DNA of 53,424 nt from Paracoccaceae bacterium (lineage in GTDB: Bacteria > Pseudomonadota > Alphaproteobacteria > Rhodobacterales > Rhodobacteraceae). The stretch's first letter is position 1, and every line of letters begins with the position of its first letter. The stretch lies in assembly GCA_013214715.1 (NCBI GenBank), contig JABSSB010000002.1:1-53424 (forward strand). Direction: 5' to 3'. The position numbers and the translations under genes were made by a program. Of this stretch, positions 49,226 to 53,424 are shown piece by piece. The notes under the pieces were generated by a model. It worked only from the letters and a program-made list of their open reading frames with translations, ran no database searches and was not told the DNA's origin.

Positions 49226-49965
49226 CAACCGCACTTTCCTTTGAGAACCTGACCCTTGGCTATGATCGCTTGCCAGCGGTGCAACGGCTTGAGACCGAAA
49301 TCCCCCAAGGCAGCCTGACAGCGGTTGTCGGCCCGAACGGGGCGGGCAAATCAACCTTGTTAAAAGGTGTGATCGGAACGCTGACACCATTGGAAGGCAA
49401 GATCGGCTTTGGGGAATTCTGTCGTGACGATATCGCGTATTTGCCTCAGCAATCTGATATTGATCGGGGCTTTCCTCTGACCGTTGTGGATCTGGTCAGC
49501 ATGGGCCTGTGGCGTCAGATTGGGCCTTTTGGTCGCGTGCGCCGCGCCCAACGTGCGCGTGTGGCGGATGCGATTGCCGCCGTCGGGCTGACCGGTTTCG
49601 AAAAACGCTCCATCGGGTCGCTGTCGGGAGGGCAGATGCAGCGGGTGTTGTTCGCCCGGTTGTTGCTGCAGGACGCGCAGCTTGTCTTGCTGGACGAACC
49701 GTTCAACGCGGTCGATACGCGCACAATGGCAGACCTGCTTGAGATCATCGCGCGCTGGCATCGTGAAGGCCGCACGGTTCTGGCCGTGCTTCATGATTTC
49801 GACTCGGTGCGCACGCATTTCCCCCGCACATTGATGCTGGCCCGCGAAATGGTGGCGCATGGCGCGACCGAAGATGTTCTGACCTCGGAAAACCAGTTCC
49901 GCGCGCGCCAGATGTGCGAAGCCTGTGCCAGCACGCCCCATGTCTGCGGGAAGGATGCCGCATGA
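49222..49965 (+). CDS. znuC: zinc ABC transporter ATP-binding protein
   Basis: ORF 49195..49965; the start is probably MTTALSFENLTLGY at 49222. Walker A GPNGAGKST, signature LSGGQMQR, and LLDEPFNAVD. Confidence 0.9.
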   Translation: MTTALSFENLTLGYDRLPAVQRLETEIPQGSLTAVVGPNGAGKSTLLKGVIGTLTPLEGKIGFGEFCRDDIAYLPQQSDIDRGFPLTVVDLVSMGLWRQIGPFGRVRRAQRARVADAIAAVGLTGFEKRSIGSLSGGQMQRVLFARLLLQDAQLVLLDEPFNAVDTRTMADLLEIIARWHREGRTVLAVLHDFDSVRTHFPRTLMLAREMVAHGATEDVLTSENQFRARQMCEACASTPHVCGKDAA

Positions 49966-50831
49966 TCTGGGATGCGATCATTGCGCCATTTGCGGAATTT
50001 GGCTTCATGCGGCGCGCCTTGCTGGGCTGTGTCGCGATTTCGCTCGGTGCAACGCCGGTCGGCGTGTTCTTGATGCTGCGGCGGATGAGCCTGACAGGCG
50101 ATGCGATGGCTCATGCGATCCTGCCGGGGGCGGCGATTGGCTATCTGGTGTCGGGCCTGTCGCTGGGCGCGATGACCATTGGCGGGCTGGTCGCAGGTAT
50201 GGCTGTGGCGCTGGCATCCGGTTTTGTCACGCGGGCGACGGCCTTGCGGGAAGATGCAAGCCTTGCGGCCTTTTACCTGATCTCGCTTGCGCTGGGCGTG
50301 CTGATCGTGTCGACGCGCGGCAGCAATGTTGATCTGATGCATGTGCTGTTCGGGACGGTTCTGGCGCTGGATAATGCGGCGCTGATCCTGCTTTGCTCGA
50401 TCGCGAGCCTGTCGATCCTGGGTGTTGCCATTTTGTTCCGGCCCTTGGTGATGGAATGCGCGGATCCACAATTTCTGCGGTCTGTCAGCGGGTTGAGCGC
50501 GGTGACGCATTTCACTTTCCTCAGCCTGTGCGTGCTGAACCTTGTGGGCGGGTTTCACGCCCTGGGCACGTTGATGGCCGTGGGTATCATGATTTTGCCG
50601 GCCGCCGGCGCGCGGTTTTTCGCCAGCTCTATCGCCGGGCTGATAGGGGTCGCGGTTTTGATCGCGATTGGCTCGAGCGTGACAGGTTTGTTGCTGTCTT
50701 ACCATTTCAGCCTGCCATCCGGCCCGGCCATCATCCTCGTCGCGGGCATCGCCTATGTTCTGGCCCTTCTGTTTGGGCCGGTGGGTGGGTTGGTGACGCA
50801 GGCCATTCCGAAATCCCAAGTTAATCCGTGA
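49962..50831 (+). CDS. znuB: zinc ABC transporter permease
   Basis: Trimmed to MIWDAIIAPFAEFGFMRRALLG (ATGA overlap with znuC). ABC-3 family polytopic permease. Confidence 0.9.
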   Translation: MIWDAIIAPFAEFGFMRRALLGCVAISLGATPVGVFLMLRRMSLTGDAMAHAILPGAAIGYLVSGLSLGAMTIGGLVAGMAVALASGFVTRATALREDASLAAFYLISLALGVLIVSTRGSNVDLMHVLFGTVLALDNAALILLCSIASLSILGVAILFRPLVMECADPQFLRSVSGLSAVTHFTFLSLCVLNLVGGFHALGTLMAVGIMILPAAGARFFASSIAGLIGVAVLIAIGSSVTGLLLSYHFSLPSGPAIILVAGIAYVLALLFGPVGGLVTQAIPKSQVNP

Positions 50832-50842
50832 AGGACGACATT

Positions 50843-52090
50843 ATGACCCAACGCAGAACGCTTTTGAAATCCGCCACGGCCGTGCTGGCCCTGGCTGTGG
50901 CCAGCCCGGCCTTTGCGCAATCGACCGACGCGACCCGCGTCGTGGCAAGTTTTTCGATCCTGGGTGACATGGTCGAACGCATTGGAGGCGAGCATGTGGC
51001 CGTGACGACTTTGGTCGGACGCAATGGCGATGCGCATGTCTACCAACCGACACCGGCCGCCGCCAAGAACGTGAGCGAGGCCGACATTCTGATCGTGAAC
51101 GGTCTGGAATTCGAAGGCTGGCTGGACCGTCTGGCCGAAGCAGCGTCGTTTGATGGCGAAATGATTGTCGCGACCAGCGGGATCGACCCGATCCCCTACG
51201 GTGAAGACGATGATCATGATGATCATGATGATCATGATGATCATGGCCATGACGATCATGCAGATCATGATGATCACGACCATGAGCATGAAGACCATGC
51301 GGACAAGGATCACGATCACGCGCATGATGATCACGGTGACGAAGACCACGCCGATGCGGGCCACGATGATGACCATGATCATGGCCACGAAGATCATGCG
51401 GATGCCGAGCACGACCATGATCACGGTCATGAGGATCACGCAGACGCCAAGCACGACCACGGTCACGGTCATGGTCATGAGGATCACGCAGACGCCGAGG
51501 CGGACCATGATCACGATCATGAAGAGCATGCGCATGACGATCACCACGGTCATGACCACGGCGCATTTGATCCGCACGCTTGGCAAAGCCTGACCTTGGC
51601 GGTGACCTATGTCGACAACATCACCGCCGCACTTGCGCAGGCCGACCCGGCCAATGCGGGCGACTTCTATGCAAACCGTGCAACTTATGTTGCTGAAATC
51701 GAAGCATTGGATGCCGAGATCAAAGCGATGATGGCGGCTTTGCCCGAAGACAAGCGCACGGTTGTAACCTCGCATGATGCGTTCCAGTATTTCGGTCGCG
51801 ATTACGGGCTTACATTCCTTGCGCCGCAGGGGTTGAGCACGGAGTCCGAAGCCTCTGCTAAGGATGTTGCGGCATTGATCGAGCAGATGCGCGAAGAAGG
51901 TATCTCTGCCGCTTTTGTCGAGAACATCACCGATCCGCGTTTGCTGACGCAAATCGCGAATGAAAGTGGTGCGACCATTGGCGGATCGCTCTTTCCGGGT
52001 GCCTTGTCAGAAGAGGACGGTCCGGCGCCGACCTATCTGGACATGATGCGCCATAATGCAATGACGATCGCGGGGGCTTTGGGCTCTTGA
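50843..52090 (+). CDS. znuA: zinc ABC transporter substrate-binding protein with a greatly expanded His/Asp loop
   Basis: Trimmed to MTQRRTLLKSATAVLALAVASPAFA. Cluster A-I SBP segments: GDAHVYQPTP, VNGLEFEGWL, FDPHAW, VTSHDAFQYF. Total length 415 aa. Confidence 0.92.
   Translation: MTQRRTLLKSATAVLALAVASPAFAQSTDATRVVASFSILGDMVERIGGEHVAVTTLVGRNGDAHVYQPTPAAAKNVSEADILIVNGLEFEGWLDRLAEAASFDGEMIVATSGIDPIPYGEDDDHDDHDDHDDHGHDDHADHDDHDHEHEDHADKDHDHAHDDHGDEDHADAGHDDDHDHGHEDHADAEHDHDHGHEDHADAKHDHGHGHGHEDHADAEADHDHDHEEHAHDDHHGHDHGAFDPHAWQSLTLAVTYVDNITAALAQADPANAGDFYANRATYVAEIEALDAEIKAMMAALPEDKRTVVTSHDAFQYFGRDYGLTFLAPQGLSTESEASAKDVAALIEQMREEGISAAFVENITDPRLLTQIANESGATIGGSLFPGALSEEDGPAPTYLDMMRHNAMTIAGALGS
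51203..51562 (+). repeat. His/Asp-coding low-complexity repeat tract inside znuA
   Basis: (GATGATCAT)x4 is perfect at 51209-51244. The 24-mer GGTCATGAGGATCACGCAGACGCC occurs exactly at 51425-51448 and again at 51473-51496. Three GHEDHADA(E/K)-type modules are present. Confidence 0.9.
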
Positions 52091-52099
52091 TCCAACAAT

Positions 52100-52123
52100 C
52101 GCCCTGCCGCCATTGGCAGGGCG
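52100..52123 (+). terminator. possible hairpin terminator after znuA
   Basis: CGCCCTGCC-GCCATT-GGCAGGGCG, 10 nt after the znuA stop. No T-run follows. Confidence 0.4.
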
Positions 52124-52176
52124 ACCGATCCGCAGATGGGCTTGACGCGATCTGTCAGAGTGGCAGGGTGCAGGAC

Positions 52177-53424
52177 ATGTTTGAAAGGCTCACCCTATTG
52201 GCCCGATCAAATCCGCTGAGACTTCTGTGCCTGATGTGGTTTGGGTTGGTCTGGGCGCTATCGCCGGTTCAGGCCCAGCAACCCGAGGTGGTGAACTGGG
52301 ATGCCCTGACGATTTCAGCCTCGGATGCGGAAACGACGCAGAGCCTGATTCCGAGGTTGCAGGATCGGTATGATCCGGATCTGCTAAAGGAATTTGACCT
52401 CTCAGTCTGGGAAGATCTGCCCTTGGCCGAGCCTTTGCTTGGCCGCGATGTGGCGATTGATGGCTATGTTCTGCCGCTGGTGTCCGAAGGCGCGCGCGTG
52501 ACCGAATTCCTGCTGGTTCCTTGGATAGGTGCCTGCATTCATGCGCCGACGCCAGCGCCGAACCAGATGGTGCACGTGTCTTATCCGGATGGGCTGAGGC
52601 TGGACAAACCCTATGACCCGATGCGCATCCGTGGCGTTTTGCAGAGCCAGCCGGATTACCATCCCTTGTTTCTGGTTGATGGCAGCCGTGCTGTGCCAGC
52701 GGCCTATGTTTTGGAGAATGCAGCAGTCTTTGGAACGCCCGGGGTGATTTCGGCTGCCTCGGCAGCTGATGTGCCGCTTTTGGCTCGTGCTCAGATCTGG
52801 GTGAATGATCTGTTTCTCACAGCAATGTCCGGCCTGTCCGGGGACGGTCTGTCCAATGCGTTGCTTTTCGCATTACTGGTGTCGTTTGGCTATGGGGCGC
52901 TGCATACATTCGGGCCGGGCCATGGGAAATCGGTTGTCGTTTCCTATTTCGTCGGGACAGGCGGCAGCCTTGGGCGCGGGGTGACAATGGGCATTCGTAT
53001 TGCCGTGATCCATGTGCTGTCGGCTGTGATCGTTGTCTGGCTACTGGATTTCGCGGTGCGGCAGGCCACTGGCAGCGCGCCTTCGGATTACCGGGCCATC
53101 CGTCTCGGAAGCTATGCGCTGATCTGTGCAATCGGATCCGTCATGCTGTTTCAGGCTGTGCAGGCTCTGCTGTCATATCGCCGGGCGTCCGACCATGATC
53201 ATAACCATCACCATGACCATCACCATGACCATCACCATGATCATCACCACAGCGGTTGCGCAGCCTGCGAGGCGGCCGCCTCCACGAAAGGCGGCGGATG
53301 GATCGCTCTGTCTGTCGGGATCGTGCCTTGCACAGGGGCCCTGCTGGTCATGCTGTTCGGGCTCGCCAATGATCTGATCTGGCCTGCGATTCTCATGGTG
53401 GCCTTTATTTCACTGGGCATGGCC
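52177..53424 (+). CDS. DUF3299-like periplasmic domain fused to a NicO/RcnA (COG2215)-type metal permease (3' end beyond the window)
   Basis: Own codon-by-codon translation from ATG 52177: 416 codons with no stop. Signal peptide …LVWALSPVQAQQ. DUF3299-like VAIDGYVLPL…EFLLVPWIGACIHAPTPAPNQMVHV. Permease motifs GALHTFGPGHGK and GIVPCTGAL. Loop DHDHNHHHDHHHDHHHDHHHSGCAAC. Confidence 0.8.
   Translation, partial: MFERLTLLARSNPLRLLCLMWFGLVWALSPVQAQQPEVVNWDALTISASDAETTQSLIPRLQDRYDPDLLKEFDLSVWEDLPLAEPLLGRDVAIDGYVLPLVSEGARVTEFLLVPWIGACIHAPTPAPNQMVHVSYPDGLRLDKPYDPMRIRGVLQSQPDYHPLFLVDGSRAVPAAYVLENAAVFGTPGVISAASAADVPLLARAQIWVNDLFLTAMSGLSGDGLSNALLFALLVSFGYGALHTFGPGHGKSVVVSYFVGTGGSLGRGVTMGIRIAVIHVLSAVIVVWLLDFAVRQATGSAPSDYRAIRLGSYALICAIGSVMLFQAVQALLSYRRASDHDHNHHHDHHHDHHHDHHHSGCAACEAAASTKGGGWIALSVGIVPCTGALLVMLFGLANDLIWPAILMVAFISLGMA
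53206..53250 (+). repeat. 12-nt His-codon microsatellite in the permease loop
   Basis: CATCACCATGAC at 53206-53217 and 53218-53229, CATCACCATGAT at 53230-53241, then CATCACCAC. Encodes (HHHD)3HHH. Confidence 0.9.

Noticed and set aside
51203-51562. Considered whether the short tandem repeats could be a CRISPR array
   Set aside because: The repeat units are 9-24 nt, lie in frame within a coding sequence, have no unique spacers of regular length and no cas genes nearby.
50753-51952. ORFs 50753..51952(-), 50841..51566(-) and 51165..51593(+), rich in MIM/HDR repeats
   Set aside because: These are alternative-frame or antisense readings of the znuA His/Asp repeat tract. Their low-complexity translations are artefacts of the repeat.
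53126-53377. 83-aa ORF with ITITMTITMTITM
   Set aside because: It is an out-of-frame reading of the (HHHD)n tract of the DUF3299-NicO ORF.

Overview
High-GC, densely coding alphaproteobacterial (Rhodobacteraceae-like) chromosomal segment. I recognised no rRNA, tRNA, CRISPR, transposase or integrase.

Gene order, left to right:
- Minus-strand urease operon ureD-A-B-(DUF1311)-C-(DUF1127)-E.
- Beta-oxidation cluster: FadJ-like fusion enzyme, two adjacent acyl-CoA dehydrogenases, thioesterase, crotonase, CoA ligase.
- E. coli-type periplasmic nitrate reductase cluster napF-D-A-(G/H)-B-C.
- Fungal-type saccharopine-pathway genes (LYS9-like and LYS1-like), then GST and a histidine phosphatase.
- FdhA-type formate dehydrogenase, a small HNH nuclease, an M20 amidase and a HAD hydrolase.
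- Two decayed genes (panB-like, CocE/NonD-like) flanking a fasciclin gene and a two-component system.
- A HAAT-family ABC importer bracketed by two adenylate-forming ligases, then an orphan FbpB-like permease.
- From about 44.9 kb to the window end, a zinc-homeostasis island.

The zinc island holds an SmtB-like regulator plus a 55-aa metallothionein missing from the ORF track, two near-identical Zur boxes, two COG0523 GTPases, DUF1826, zur, a possible 43-aa sORF and znuC-B-A. It ends with an open-ended ORF that fuses a DUF3299-like periplasmic domain to a NicO/RcnA-type permease.

Most notable observations:
- The DUF3299-NicO fusion.
- An in-frame, topologically coherent NapG-NapH fusion that carries an 18-bp tandem duplication and is missing Fe-S cysteines.
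- A ZnuA with a loop of about 120 residues made of His and Asp.
- The unannotated metallothionein.

All family assignments come from reading the translations by eye. No database search was run.
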